From NCBI GenBank assembly GCA_000165425.1, contig CT868318.1, positions 205,643-269,642 on the forward strand: 64,000 nucleotides of DNA. The letters run 5' to 3'. Source of the stretch: Paramecium tetraurelia. Taxonomy: Eukaryota. Below, piece by piece: positions 50,560 through 64,000 of this stretch (position 1 is its first letter; each line of letters opens with the position of its first letter). A program made the position numbers and the translations under genes. The notes under the pieces were generated by a model. The model worked only from the letters and a program-made list of their open reading frames with translations, had not been told where the DNA came from and ran no database searches.

Positions 50560-51489
50560 TCAAAATCTCTTGCCACTTGATCCGAATGGAGATGGAAATT
50601 CTTATTATTATTTTTGTTTCGGTTTTTATTATGTGAACGATTAATCAACGTCATAACTACCAACTCCAGGAAAATTCAGGAATTTATCTTCCCTTTTGCT
50701 ATATTTATCAAGTGAAATAACTCCAATGGCTTTAGATTTTGTTTTAATATCATAAGCACCTACACTAGGACCTGCATCTTACTGTTATTAACTAAATCTC
50801 TTGGCAGTTGAAGAGAAGCACTAGAATCTCCAAGGTATTTTTTCTACCTTTATCGAGGAACCATTAAACTCATTGTAATATGCTCCAGGAGGAGGTACTG
50901 GTTTATCCTTCATTTTTTCTCTTTGTTATGCCAACTCCAAACTGTCAGATGGAAATAAAGAAAATATATTCCTGTGTGCTCAATAGTAAAAATGAGTAAT
51001 CATACTTTTAGGTTTTCTTCTTTTGGGCAGTCCTGTCATAGGGGTTTGAGCTCTTGAGTTGTAATATCCTTAGACTTATAATTAGGTGGATTCTTCAATT
51101 GAATTTTCTTAATCTGTAATTTATTTCTGATAGACTATTTTGAGTCTCTTGCCTTTTTATCTAAGGGGCAAACTCTCGAAATTATTAATTGAAATGTCTG
51201 CATTTTAAGAGTAACTGAAGCTTCTTCTTTCTGGTTTCTTATATTTCTATTCAAACTTCAACCTTTCACCAGGTTTGGCATACGCTGATAATTAAGGACT
51301 TGCTAAGGAGACCCTTGGCAAATTGTTAGTGTTGTTTTAAGGACTTACATTTTACCTAGTATTTATGTTTCTAGCCAAGGATTTTGAAAAATCAATTCCT
51401 TTAGCATTTTATTAATGGTTTATTTCGTAATGGCCAACAGGAGGATTGTAAGTAGGCTGAAAGCAAATCCGATCACTTTTTGAAAACAT
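50560..51489 (-). CDS. SHIPPO/ODF3-like PG-rich repeat protein
   Basis: Repeats NPPVGHY, VPPPGAYY, GPSVGAYD, TPGVGSYD. Confidence 0.7.
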
Positions 51490-51508
51490 TATTATTTTAT
51501 TATAATAA

Positions 51509-51974
51509 ATGTTAGGTTTTATATTACTTTTACTAGTTTAAGCTCAAATTAGAAAATATGATTGGATCAACAATTACTTCGCATTACAATGCACATGTTT
51601 AAGTGAATGTTGCATATATGGTTCATTTATTTTAAAAAACGACAAAGTTATGAATACAAATTTCGTATAGATAGATGCTAAATTATAAGGATCAGGATGT
51701 ACTCAATATACTGTTGAAGATGTATTTACAATCATTTTACAATAAGGTCATATGTACTCTAGAATCACCTACTGATGTTCAAACTACATTGAGTTGCCCA
51801 CTGTAAGGTTGGGAATGGTTAGTCTCGAGGGACAGCAATACTGGATCAATATATTGGACGGATAACAATAATTGCCAAGGAGTTTGGAATGTAATCGATT
51901 TGTCTGCCAATTCAGTGGTTTATATTTTCAGCCCTATTATTTTGGTTGGAACAATCATCTATCATTTGTTATGA
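51509..51974 (+). CDS. Small Cys-rich surface protein, signal peptide plus hydrophobic (GPI-signal-like) C-terminus
   Basis: MLGFILLLLVQA...CTCLSECC...; one 25-nt intron; ends VVYIFSPIILVGTIIYHLL-TGA. Confidence 0.75.
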
Positions 51975-52156
51975 TTTCATTATACATAGTTTTCAAGCTA
52001 TTCATTGCACTTTTGATAATTATATATTTTATAATTCTTATACCTCTTCACTTAATCATTTGAATATTATATATAGTTATATTGAAGATAGCTTAGTAAT
52101 TATAAATAGTATAATAATAAAGTGCAAATAAATACAAATATTTTACAATAAAATTT

Positions 52157-53623
52157 ATGTCTGAAATAGAGCAGCTAACTAAATAAAAAGAAGAAATTGA
52201 AGCCAGTTAGGCAACTCTTAAAATTTGGTGTTCTTTGAAAAAGAATCTAACTTAAAAATTTAAGAATCCTTCTGAAGCTTTTAAAGCATTAAAAAAAGAA
52301 GGAAAAGAAACATTATCAGTAGAAGATTTTGCAGAATTTTCAAAAGGATTAGATTTGTAAATATTAACCTTATATTTAGAACAACTGTATTTAAAGATAC
52401 AACTCTTAACGAGGAAAACTTCATCAAATGTTGGGAACAATGGGAATATTAAGCAAAATAAAATGAACATAGATTATAAATGATTGAGGAGAAATTGGAA
52501 TTATTAAATATTTTGGAACAAAAAGACAAAGATGGTATTAAATAATTAGAAGCTTAGAAGAATAAAAAAATATTAAATATTATCCAAAATTGTGATAATT
52601 TAGATTAATTACAAGAAAAGTTGGATACTTTAGTTTAAGGAGGTTAATAATAACAAAAAGAAAAAACTGATATAATCTAAAATGAATCTGAGTGTTTCAA
52701 TAAAATTTTATAAAAGAAATCTGAAATCAAGCCATCTGAGTTATCAATTAGCAAATTACAATAAAAATAAAATCCTGAAGCATCTGAGGATAGTTAAATC
52801 TAAAACAAGAAAAAGAAAGTCAGCTACTTAGATGGATCCACTAATGCATTATAAAAAAGCAAAATCAATTTGAATATTTCCAGTTCCCAATTACAAACAA
52901 GTCGACTATCGGCAGCCAATTAAAACAAATAATCCTTTATATATGAATCCTAAGTCTAGATATCTCCTACGAAAGGATAACAGTTTCTCAAGAATCCACC
53001 AATTACTTAATAACAACAATTGAAGAGTCCAAATGAAGAGAGGGAAAGCGAAAGAAGGTCTCATAAATCAAATAGAATGAGAGGAGATCTATAATCATAT
53101 ATTTCAGAGCTATTTCACAATGAGAGAGAATAATCATTAAGATAAGAACCAAGATTTACTAGAGAAATCGATAGACCATCATATTCTAGTGATTAAAAAG
53201 GCCTTTCTGGATTCCCAAATTTTAGAAAATATTTCAAAAATCAGTAATAACAAAGAGAACCTTAGTAATTAGAACCTGAATCTACTAATATATCCAAAAG
53301 ACTCTAAAACATTAGGTATTGAAAACAATTAAATAAGATATAAATTAGATGATTTTTAGAACCAGAAACTTACTCAATATAGAACTAAACCTTAAACACT
53401 TTAGGATTGGAGTCCAGAGAAACCCATTAGACTTTCTTAACAAAAACCTAAATAAGGAAGCAGGAGATCTAGTCCTTAATACACTCCTGGAAATACACAT
53501 AGACTAAATCTTGATAAGCTAAGACAAGAAAAGCAATAGAATTAAGGTTCTGGATAATAAGAGCAAAATGGAGCTGAATCAGGCTTTCTGAACATGGAAT
53601 AATTGAATCAAACCTTGAAATGA
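52157..53623 (+). CDS. Hypothetical protein, degenerate EF-hand-like N-terminus and low-complexity tail
   Basis: KFKNPSEAFKALKKEGKETLSVEDF; two tiny introns; TGA at 53621-53623. Confidence 0.7.
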
Positions 53624-53747
53624 GAACCATAGGCTAATGCTTGATATATTATGAATAGACGATACAAGATAATAACAATAATATTAAAATTATATAGTTT
53701 CTTGTTTTGATTAATATTATGCTGTTCTTTTTTAGCTGAATATGTTT

Positions 53748-54317
53748 TCAATATTCATATGTCTTATTTCCAATATAGAAATCCTTTAAGAATTCGCTCT
53801 TTCCTTTAAGCTTTTAATTTTCCAAGTAAGAGTATCCTGCATCAGATCTGTTTTAATTAGAAAAATATTGGAATAAATGATCTCTATTCAACATATGCCA
53901 TTCTGCTTGGTAGAGTAATTCATAGCCACGATACACCTATATTTGTAGAAATGCATCATACCCATCTATCAACAGCATCGGGATCTCTTAGGTATGCTCT
54001 CTTTCTGATTACATTAGCAACATTAACCATTGCCTATTATGAATTGCAAGTGACTTCCATATCATGAATTCTTAATAAAAATGGAATAAGTCGACACACT
54101 TTTCTATAGAATCTCAACACTTTGAAATGGGCTTAAATAATGTTTTTAGAAGGTCTTCCAGTTGTTAAACCTTCAAAGATTTCATTCCCTCTCATTGTTA
54201 TGTTGTTACCACCATATTACTAATTTATTAAACATAATTTACCTTTCCTCTAGCACCATGTGTACCAATTTCTGGGAAGAGATTCAAATTGCCTTGAAAG
54301 TTTTAATTTTAATTCAT
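53748..54317 (-). CDS. NDUFA6: Complex I accessory subunit NDUFA6 (LYR family)
   Basis: VLRFYRKVCRLIP, RDPDAVDRWVYRGYE and C-terminal EFLKDFYIG; two introns. Confidence 0.8.
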
Positions 54318-54581
54318 TTATTTATATTATCTTAAGAATAAAACAAATTTATTAACATATGAATATATTACTCAAAATATCTAATATAGATTCTCTTTCT
54401 GCTGAAATTCTTAACTAATTCATGCACAATTCAATAACTTTTATGATTATTATAGTGAATTTTCAAATGTGTAGTGATCATCACTTAATTCAACTCACTA
54501 GATCTGAATCAACGACTGATTTTTCAATTTGTTATTTGTTAACAGAATATTGATATTAAAATTTATATTAATAAAATACAA

Positions 54582-56429
54582 ATGGAAAATAATTAAGAAG
54601 GAAATAATCATAATGAAACTGAAGAAGAACATTAAGAAAATGAACTTTAAGAAACTGAAAAAAATGGTTAATAATAAAATACCAACCCTAGGCCATAAGA
54701 AAATTCCCCTTAAAAATAAAATAGGGAGTAGCAAAATTATAAATAGCAATAAGAAAGTAATCCTGAAGTCGAAGAGTAATATGATGAGGAGGATATCGAT
54801 GCTAGTTCATTTACTCCTAGAATGAAAGATGCATGCAAAAGGGAAGGATTTAAGAAGGAGGACTTAATATAGAAAGGCAAAGACCTGATTAGATTTATGC
54901 TGAAATAAAAAGATCCATCAGGTAATGAACTTTGATTTTCTAAAGGCTAATTGGCAAACGAGGATGTTATATCAATGGTATTCGATCATTTTGAGGAAAA
55001 ACGCCGACAGAAGATATAAGTTGTACGTCAGATGAGACAAAAAATCTTGTAGGAGGAATCGCAAGGACTATGGCCAAGTCAGATGTCTAACTCTAGTGTC
55101 TTCAGGAGCACTTCATCTTTAGCTGAAAAACGAGAGAAACTGTTGAACAGTATTCGCAAAAGGTAAGAATTAGAAATAGAAAAAATAATTAATTCAGAAT
55201 GGAAAATGGAGGAGCTGGCTAGAAATAATGTTGAAAAAGAAAAAAGAATTCAAGAAAAAGAGAAATAGAGAGAATTGAAAGTCTAATGGTTAAAAGAGCA
55301 AGCAGAAAAAAAGAGATTATAACAAGAAGAGGAAAGAAGAAAGAAGGAGGAAGAAGAAAAGAGAATTTAATTAGAATTGGAAGAGCAATACAGAATTAAA
55401 GATTAAAAAAGGAAATAGAGAGAAGAAGAATTAGAGAGAAGGAGAAAGGAGGAAAATAAATTAAAAGAAGAATAAAGAATAGAAAAATAAAAAAAAATTT
55501 AATAAGATAGAGAATAATTCTTATAACGTTAATAAGAAGTTTAAGATATTAGATTAAAAGAGTTATAAGATAAAGATTTAAGAAGGTCATAAAAATTTGA
55601 AGATGAAAGAATCAAAAGGATGGAGAAAGCAGAATAAGAGAGATTGGAATAAGAGGCTAAATTAGAATAGGTTAGAAAATTAAATGAAGAATAATTAAAT
55701 AAAAAGAGATTAGATTATGAAGAGAAACAAAAATTTGTTGAGTAATAAAGACAATTATTTGAATCTTAATAATAAGAATATAAAAAATAGAAAGAGAAGG
55801 AAGGAGAAATGAAATAAGAAGAAATAAACAAGGTTATTAAATAAAATGAAGAATAAATGAGAAAAAAAGTCTTGGATTATGAAAAAAAACAATAAGAATT
55901 GTAATTAAAAAAGAAAAAGTTAGAAGAAGAATAAAAATTCTTATAAATAGAGAAATAGAAACAATATTACTAGAAAGAAAGAAAGATTCAAGATGTCTTA
56001 ATTAGAAATGAATAATAGGCTGAATAACACAAAAAAGAATTACTAAAAAAATTAGATTAAGCTAAAGTTAAATGTGAGAAAATTGAAAAAGAGAAATAAG
56101 AAGAATTAACAAGAAAATTAGCATTTGCTTTTATTAAAGAATTAGATAAATAAGATAATTTACAAAGACGTGAATAATTAGATGAACTCAGAAAAGAATA
56201 ACTGGAGTAAAGAATCAAGCAAGATTTAATTAAAAGCTAGTAAATTTAACTGGAGAAAGAACATTTAATTAAGATGAGTGAATAATTAAGAAAAGAAGCA
56301 GAAGAAAAGAGGCAATAATAACTGTTAGAAATAGAAAAAGAAAAAAAGAAGAAACATTCAATGAATTCTCACCGAATCGTAACTGATATGAGTAAATCTA
56401 AATTATCGAATCGTGGAGGTGAAGAATGA
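54582..56429 (+). CDS. E/K/Q/R-rich coiled-coil protein
   Basis: Acidic N-terminus, TPRMKDACKREGFKKEDL motif and a long charged helix; one intron. Confidence 0.8.
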
Positions 56430-56694
56430 ATATTAAATATTAAATCATCATAATTAATATATATTAATTTTAATTGTAATTAGTTATTAAACATATTGTA
56501 GTGCTAATATTTACTAGTATTAATCTAAATAAGATACATGATTTTATTATTTTACAATTTATACAACTTTTTTAAAATTATTAATCATCAAATAATTTAT
56601 TTTGGTTTGATGATTTAACATCAACTTTATTAATTATAAATTTTCTAGTCCTTCTTTCCTAAGATAATCTGCTATTAACGATATAGTATTAAAT

Positions 56695-57505
56695 ATGATG
56701 TGTATTGTAAATTCATCTATTTTCAAATAAGAAAAGGTTATTTTAAACGAAAATAATATTAAAAGCTTGGAAGTTTTTAATTTTGAGAATCTACCAAAAA
56801 TGTAGAAAATGGATAAGTTTAGCATAGAAACTAAAATAAAAAACAAAACAGATGGCAATGTACTATGAGTTTTGAAATAAGAAAGTTTTGACATCATTGG
56901 AGATTACTATTGTTTTAAGAGCAATATTAAAATTCTTAAAAAAATTAATGAATCGTTAAACTAGTTAGCTCTCCCATAATTCCTCGACTTAGTTATTCTA
57001 TTCACAATATTTAAAGCAACAACAAATAAGTCCGATTGCTGAAAGATTTAGTGGGGATGAAGTTTCTGAGCTTAGAATGAAAGTTGATTAACTTACGAAA
57101 TAATTAGAGTTTAAAGAGAAGATGATAAGTGAGATGAGGGCTCATTAAAAACAATTGATGAATCGCTTACCTGAACCGAAGCAATTTCAATAAGACAATT
57201 TTACAGAGAGATTAAAAGAATTTGAATAAAAAATGAAAGAGAAGGAGGTGTAATTTCAAAATTAATTGATTGAAAGTAGTTTGCTGATGAAAGAAAACCA
57301 GAGTTTAAAACAAGAGATTACACGCTTGGAAAACTGTATTAAAGATCCCTCAATACCAAAGTTCGTTAATTCAATAGTTGATCTGGTAATTCAATGTCAT
57401 CCAATAAATCATTTTCCTGCCTCGAAACCTGATTTGAGACAATGCTGGAGATGGCTGAAAAAGATTCTTAATGATTACATACAACTAAAGTAGCAAAAGC
57501 ATTGA
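56695..57505 (+). CDS. Hypothetical coiled-coil protein
   Basis: C-terminal FVNSIVDLVIQCHP...PDLRQCWRWLKKILNDYIQLK; internal structure not fully resolved. Confidence 0.65.
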
Positions 57506-57521
57506 TTATTTTATTAATATT

Positions 57522-59082
57522 ATGAATAAAGATGGACTTGAAACTAAATTGAATTTTCTCTAATAGGAAGTAAGATAACTTCAGGAAGAAAACAAAGAAC
57601 TTCGATAATTACTCCAACTAAATAAGGAGGTAATTAAAATTCAAAAAGATTGTACATTTAATTCTGTACTTTTTGAAACCATATTTTAAGCAACCAAGCA
57701 CAAATAATAGCAGAAAAGAGGATATCTACACCAAATAATGTGAAAACAATTCTGAAAGAGGCTTCTAATCATTGTTTTCGCAATTGTACGAAGAAAATAA
57801 TTAATTGTATGCTCTTAATGAAGTAATTGCAAAATAAAGAGATGAAGCAAGGAGCTAAGTAAATGTTGTAGTTGATTAAAGGCTTTAATATTTGAGCAAA
57901 TTTGTGAGGATTCAAATTAGCGCAATATGGAACTTCAATTAGAGAGACAGAATCAATTGTTAGATTTATAAAGAAAATTAAATGAAAAAGATCAACAATT
58001 GATTTGTTTGACTGAGAAGCTGTTTGAGTTTCAGAGCAAAAAGAAGATCAAACAAAAGATAGTATAGAAATCCAAATATTAGTTTAAAGATGGTATCCCC
58101 AACTGAAGATGTCTTTGCAGTACTGAATCAAATCGAGTAGATGAGAATGTTGATAGGCTAGTTGATTAAGGAGAATAAGTAACTAAGAGACGAGAAAAAT
58201 AAGATACAAATTCTGATTGATGTTATGTAGAAGTAAGCACAACGAAACAAATCAGATTATACGCCTCCAATCCTGTCACCAGACAGAAGCAACGATGAAA
58301 GTCCTAAAAATCAATACATTAAAGAAAATAAACAAGTATCCGGTGCTAAAGTAGATGAATCAAGTTACGTTGAAATATTGCCAGCGAAAGTGAACATTTA
58401 ATTTTAAAAAAATTCTAACATGTCTGTACCAAAGTTAGATTTGGCAAAGGCCTAAAAATTGCAATAGTTAAATATACAAAAGCAAGAGGAGATTGAAGAG
58501 AAAGAGGAGATAGAAATCAAGGCATTCAAACTTTAATAGTAAGTTAAAAACAATTAGCAGAAGGCTTAAACTCCATCTGCTGGCAATGCTTTGAACATGT
58601 TTGCCAGTCCTAACAAATTATGTGTCTAATTGAATTAGTTAAGTGACTAAAACAAATCATTATAAAAAGAACTGGCCTAATGTCGATAGAAATTATAGGA
58701 TGAAATTCTGCTCTCTAAAACTTTGGAAGATCAAGTGAGTGAGTTGGAAAGGAGAATATCAGATTTGGAAAGTGTTAATGAAATCTTAATCAATTCTTAA
58801 ACTAAATACGAACAAAAATGGTAAAAGATACACTTATAATACATCACTTATAAAGAATATTTCGAAGCCCATGATTAAGTGTATGAAAGTGCAAGAGATA
58901 ACAGATAAACTCTGTAAACTATGATGAGCCTGCCTATGTCAGCTAAGCATCGAAAATCAAATGTATCTCAAAATCTAAGGGAGATTGCCTACACTCTTTA
59001 CAATAAATGCAAGATAGAGGAAAGACTCAAACAGATGGAATTTAAAAATGTATCAAACAAGAAGAGATCATCATCTCTTTGA
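57522..59082 (+). CDS. Hypothetical coiled-coil protein
   Basis: LQEENKELRQLLQLNKE, VPKLDL; TGA at 59080-59082; introns present. Confidence 0.7.
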
Positions 59083-59104
59083 TATTTTTCAAATTATTAT
59101 AATT

Positions 59105-60819
59105 ATGAGAAAAAACTAAACCACATTAAAAACAAGACCTGCCCGAGCCATCTCACAAGTAGTTATATTGTCATTCTCATAGGCCAAAGATCCAAAAGAA
59201 TCTTAATTTCCCATCATTGAATAGAAATCAATTAAACCTTCTTCCGTCATGAGAAGTTCAAAAAAATCATTAGACTTTAATCGTCTCATTAAAAATCCAA
59301 AATTAAATGATAGCAAGTTAGAGGAGGCTTTGGAAGCAGATTTGGGTTTAAAACGAATGGAAATAAAAGATGTCAAGCCTTTAAAGAATTCCCCTCAAAA
59401 ACCTAATTTACAATTGTCATCAGAAAGTAGTTAAGCTGAAGGAGAACAGCGAGCATCCACTCCACCCAGAAAAAATCGCAAGGAAGGACAAGATTTTAAT
59501 GTCAGGTCTGAATGTAATAAGATCATTTAACTTAAGCTTTCGCAACCTTAGAACCTATGCATCACGCTGAGGAAACATTAGCAGAAAATCTTAGAATCCT
59601 TATTAAAATTTATGAAATCATGTATTCCCTCTTGAATTCAATGAAAAAAGTAAGAGTTTGAAACTAATAAAGTAAGAATACTACTCTAGAACTAATAAAT
59701 TAAATCAACCAATACATGGAATTGACTGAAGATACTGGATTTTAATATCTGGAAGAATTACTACAAGAACACGTCAAGTAAATTAGATAAATATTTTTAA
59801 TTTTACGAGTTGGAGTAATTCTATTTATATTTTAGATTGTTGTTTTGGTGAATTGTTTTTTTGATCTACATTTCTATTTAAGTAGTATTAGTAATATTAA
59901 GAATATATTACTCTACAATATCTAAAATTTAAGTCACCTCTCTGATATTTTATTAGAAAAACTAAAAGATAAGCCTGAATACCCCCTGTATTTGTAGTTG
60001 TATTCCTAATTATAATTTAACATAAACAAGAAAAACAATATTTCTAAAAAGCATGAATATTGGACCTACATTAAATAAAATATAGAATTGTTACAAAATC
60101 TCTATAAATCACTAACCAAAGGGTAGAGAGACCTCTATTAATTTTTAATTATCTTCCTCAGGAGTATATAAAATTATACAATAAAGGAATCATTACGAAA
60201 TCTACAAGAATTCATTTCATTTTACTTCACAATCTAACAAAGCTATTAGGGGTTATTGGGAATACCTTTGATTTGTGTAGCTCCTTAGCCCTACCTTCCT
60301 TATGCAAACCAGAAAACATATACTCTGGTTTTAGATATGGATGAAACTCTAATACATTTTACTGATTAGACAGGACACTTTTTAATTCGTCCTTTTACTC
60401 ATCAATTCTTATAAGAAATGAGCTAATTTTATGAGTTAGTTGTATTCACAGCAGGTTTACCAGATTATGCAAATTGGGTTTTAGATCAGGTTGATAAAAA
60501 CAAGAACATATCATATCGGTTATTTAGACAGCATGCATTGCAATATTCTAATTAATTTATAAAAGATCTTTCCAGATTGGGAAGAGATCTTTCAAAATGT
60601 ATAATAGTGGATAATGTTCCTGACAATTTTTAAAATCAACCTGAAAATGGAATATTCATAAAGACTTGGTACAGCGATTAAAATGATACTGCCTTGGCTG
60701 AATTAGGTCCAATTTTGAAATCGATTGTTATGAAAAAAGCTGAAGATGTTCGTTTGGCCTTGAAGGAAGTAAGGAAAATGTTGACTTAAAGTATTTAACT
60801 ACCTCCATTGTAGGGGTGA
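59105..60819 (+). CDS. CTD small phosphatase-like (FCP1/NIF HAD) protein
   Basis: [49 protein letters not shown]. Confidence 0.92.
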
Positions 60820-60873
60820 TATATTTTGTAAATACAATTTTGATTTATATTTATAATTTTATTTAACAGACAC

Positions 60874-62394
60874 ATGCAATAATCAGATTAAGTGGAAGTA
60901 GAATATCGAATAGAAATGTTGACAAGTGAATTAGAGAGATCCTCTTAAACCCTATAATAGAAGAGTATAGAATGTGAAGAATGGAGACTCAAGAGTTTAG
61001 GATTAGAGTAAAAGATAAAAGAGCTTCAAGCACATATTGGATCTTAAAATCAATAATTTGAAGATCTAGCAGAAAATTTAAAATAAAAAGCAATTGAAGT
61101 TGAAGACTTAAGAAGTAAATACAATAGAGTTCAATTCATCACAATAAAGGGATACGAGGAGAAGATGGAATAATTGGTAGGAGAAATAGAAAAATTGAAT
61201 TAACTCTTAATGCAAAAAGCATAGGATTGTGAAAGCAGTAGGTAGTAAGTGATGACTAAGATTTAAGAATTATAGGAGGAAAGATAGAAATGCTTTCATT
61301 TAGATAGCTTTATAAAACAGATTAAATCTGAAAAGTTGGAAGCACTTCACTTTTTAAATGAAAAGAATAAAGAATTAGAAGAATTGAAGGAACGATTTAG
61401 AGAGGCAGATCAATATAGATAAAAGAGCGAGATTCTAGAAAATGATATTGAAACAATTAGAGTAAATTATATGAACATTTTTAATTAAAAATTGGAAGAA
61501 ATTGAATCACTATAGGCTCAAATAGATACATAACGATTAATCAATGAAAATACAATTAGAATATCAGAGGAAAAATATGCATAACAAATTTAAATAGAAA
61601 GGGTGAATTTACAGAGATAAATTAAGGAGACTGTGGCCACTTCAATTGTGTAGATGGAAAATTAAGTGGCCACTCTAAACAATCTATTGGAAGCTAAATA
61701 AAATGAAATAGATAAATTGAAATTACAGAGACACAATATAGAAACAGAGAAAATGAATTCTATGCTTATTGATAAGAACATCAAAATGTAAGATTAGTAA
61801 ATTAAATTGCAATAATTAGAAAGATAACTCTACGAGAAGACTAATACGTTGGATTAATTGACATAATAGATACAAAATGGTTAATTGATTCCAGCAACTT
61901 CTTAGAGTTTATTAGAAAGATCATATAAATAATTGCAAGATGATATGCATAAATAAAACATAGAAATGACTATGTTACATTAAAGATGTTTGGAATTATA
62001 AGAGGATGTGCAAAAGAAGGCAAATATGAAAGCTAATTATGAGGGATAGATTAATACATTATTGATTGAAATAGCTAATTTAAAGAGGGATGTATACAAT
62101 AAATCACGAATTAATTCCTAACATAGTGAAAATTAAAGATTGATATAAATTGAGAATGAGAAGAGAGCAATTAAATAAAAATATGAACAAGAATTGAAAA
62201 TAGCAGAAGATAAAATTAAATATTTGCTGAGTATTGTAGATCAGAGAGTCTTAGAGTAATAACTATAATACAGAGGATCCTTAAATCCCAATCCTGTATT
62301 ACAGTAAATAATTGAAGAAAGTTCAAGTAGAATTGCTTAGAGTAACATTTACTTTCATGAAGATTCAGATGTCTTAAATGATGAAGTTCGTTGA
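60874..62394 (+). CDS. Coiled-coil protein (~506 aa)
   Basis: Long code-6 ORF with heptad-rich Q/E/K/L composition. Confidence 0.75.
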
Positions 62395-62407
62395 TTAATA
62401 TGTACTT

Positions 62408-63895
62408 TCATTATTATTTCACCTTTTTCTGTTAAGTTCTTTATACAATTTCTTGGGTAGCTTGTCTTTTGTCTTCCCCCTTTTGAAATTTTTGCATCCA
62501 ACCAGCACCTTATGGTTAAAAATCAGCCTCTTCTTGATATTATGTTTGAGATTATATGGGTTTAGCTTTTCCTCTTTAAGGGGCTTTCACATCTCTATAG
62601 TTAACTCCCTCTTCCAATTGATGAACTCTTTTCTCTAAGAATGATTTATTAGTAATTCCGAATTCAGCATCTTATCCCTCTCCTATAATAATTGAATTAC
62701 TTATTAATACCTAAAGCATCATATCTAATACATAAGGCTGTTTTTGCAGCTAATGTTCTAGAGACCTTTCCTTTCAATTTAGCAGGAGCACTTCCTACTA
62801 AACTAGCTTAGAAGATCAAACCATATTTAGGAGTATTATGCTTAGTTCTAATAGCCTTAAATAATGCTTTTTCAGCTCCCAAAATTTAAACTGTAGAAGC
62901 TGGATATTTTGCTAAGTTTACGAGTGAGCCTGCATGTGAAATCAATCGAGCACCTACTAATTCACCTACCATTGTAGTGAGATTAGGAGCAATAGCTTGC
63001 ATTCTATTCTTTAGATATTCAGATAATTAAGATCTATAATCAGTTAGTTCAATGACTTGATCCGCAAGACATAGAATGAATTTTTCATCCTCTACTGTGA
63101 TTTCTGTACCAAATGATACTTCCGCTGCTTATTTAACATCTGCTTCCAGATTGTCAGGTAAAATACCAGAGAGATCTGTAGAACTGGTCTTTATTCTCAT
63201 TCCAATGGCTTTGACTACTTTCGCATATATTAAATTGTCTGTTATGATTTTGCCAAGTTCTGGAAAATGCCATCCAAACCATTCTCTCAATCTCATCATA
63301 TAGTTATTAATTTCTTTGTCCAAATCATCAAGCAAAGCAATTGCTTAGATAATCATGGTATCAACTTTCTCAGTAGAGAACTTGAGTTTATATCTCGATA
63401 ATCCATGTGCTAAACCAAGAGTCATATTCTTAAGTTCTGATTCACTCAGTCCTTCGATTAGGTTAGTTAATTAGGATCTAATTCCTCTGAATAACTGCTC
63501 AGTCACAGGAGTTTGGATGCAACTTAATCCTAATTATTCTTGAAGTTATTTGGCCAGTTTTTTGTCTTGGACTGTTGTTTAATAAATTGACTGTACCTGC
63601 TATTTAATCCTGTATTTCTTGCGAGATTACATTCTTCTCCAGGAATTTACTGAGTTTCTTTGGGATTTTTCCATTGATCAACTTGCTGGTAGCCACGAGA
63701 GCTTCTTAGGTATCTTTGAATTATTGGAAAGCAAAAGGTGTGACCCTGGTTAATGTATCTATGGAATGCTTACAATTTTTTAGCTTGCTTTTCATTCTAC
63801 AAATAATCATAGATGTTGTCTATTTTATTGAGGGCCTTGGTATTAGCAACTTGGAATAGGGCGAATCCAGCTGGAGTCTCTATTAATATTAACAT
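62408..63895 (-). CDS. NOP58: Box C/D snoRNP protein NOP58
   Basis: [95 protein letters not shown]. Confidence 0.93.
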
Positions 63896-64000
63896 ATTTA
63901 AATATTTATAAATCGGTGTCCATATATTAATTATTTATTATGGATAGTGACAATAATAAACGTTTCAATTTTGAACAACTTTCACAAGGGTAGCTCAAAG

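Noticed and set aside
54430..54525. Possible box C/D snoRNA (ATGATTA ... CTGA)
   Set aside because: Box C is imperfect, no terminal stem or rRNA guide could be verified, and such motifs are frequent by chance in AT-rich DNA.
55200..56350. Purine-rich repetitive tract as a DNA repeat or array
   Set aside because: Explained by E/K/Q/R coiled-coil coding; no fixed repeat unit or spacers.
464..63303. Most ORFs in the supplied track (e.g. 464-664, 46993-47217, 54498-54749, 63076-63303)
   Set aside because: They are antisense or off-frame shadows of real code-6 genes; the rest are fragments cut at TAA/TAG Gln codons.
1..64000. tRNA, rRNA, CRISPR arrays, telomeric repeats
   Set aside because: None recognised by eye; tRNAscan-SE or Infernal would be needed to exclude small RNAs.

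Overview
AT-rich, gene-dense eukaryotic DNA from a ciliate macronuclear genome, most likely Paramecium. TAA/TAG read as Gln (e.g. kinesin P-loop YG[TAA]TGTGKT), TGA is the only stop, introns are ~20-30 nt GT..AG and many intergenic gaps are tiny. The supplied standard-code ORF track is therefore largely misleading, so I re-read genes by hand in genetic code 6. About 30 genes are supported. They include a kinesin (duplicated across an N-gap, probably an assembly artefact), a FIG4/SAC phosphatase, an Old Yellow Enzyme, a hybrid histidine kinase, a uridine kinase, a SAPS-domain protein, a complex III core/MPP-beta-like protein, two CK1-like kinases, NAC-alpha, a CNBD K+ channel, an ENO4-like protein, NDUFA6, a CTD-like phosphatase and NOP58. 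Decayed genes include Miro and a UBC E2. Most notable are a tandem trio of diverged paralogues sharing an unrecognised 'FYYFR...EFPTKFN' domain (13.3-19.2 kb), and a secreted 10-Cys single granulin-like peptide next to a catalytically dead membrane aspartic protease. All translations and intron calls are manual; no database searches were run.
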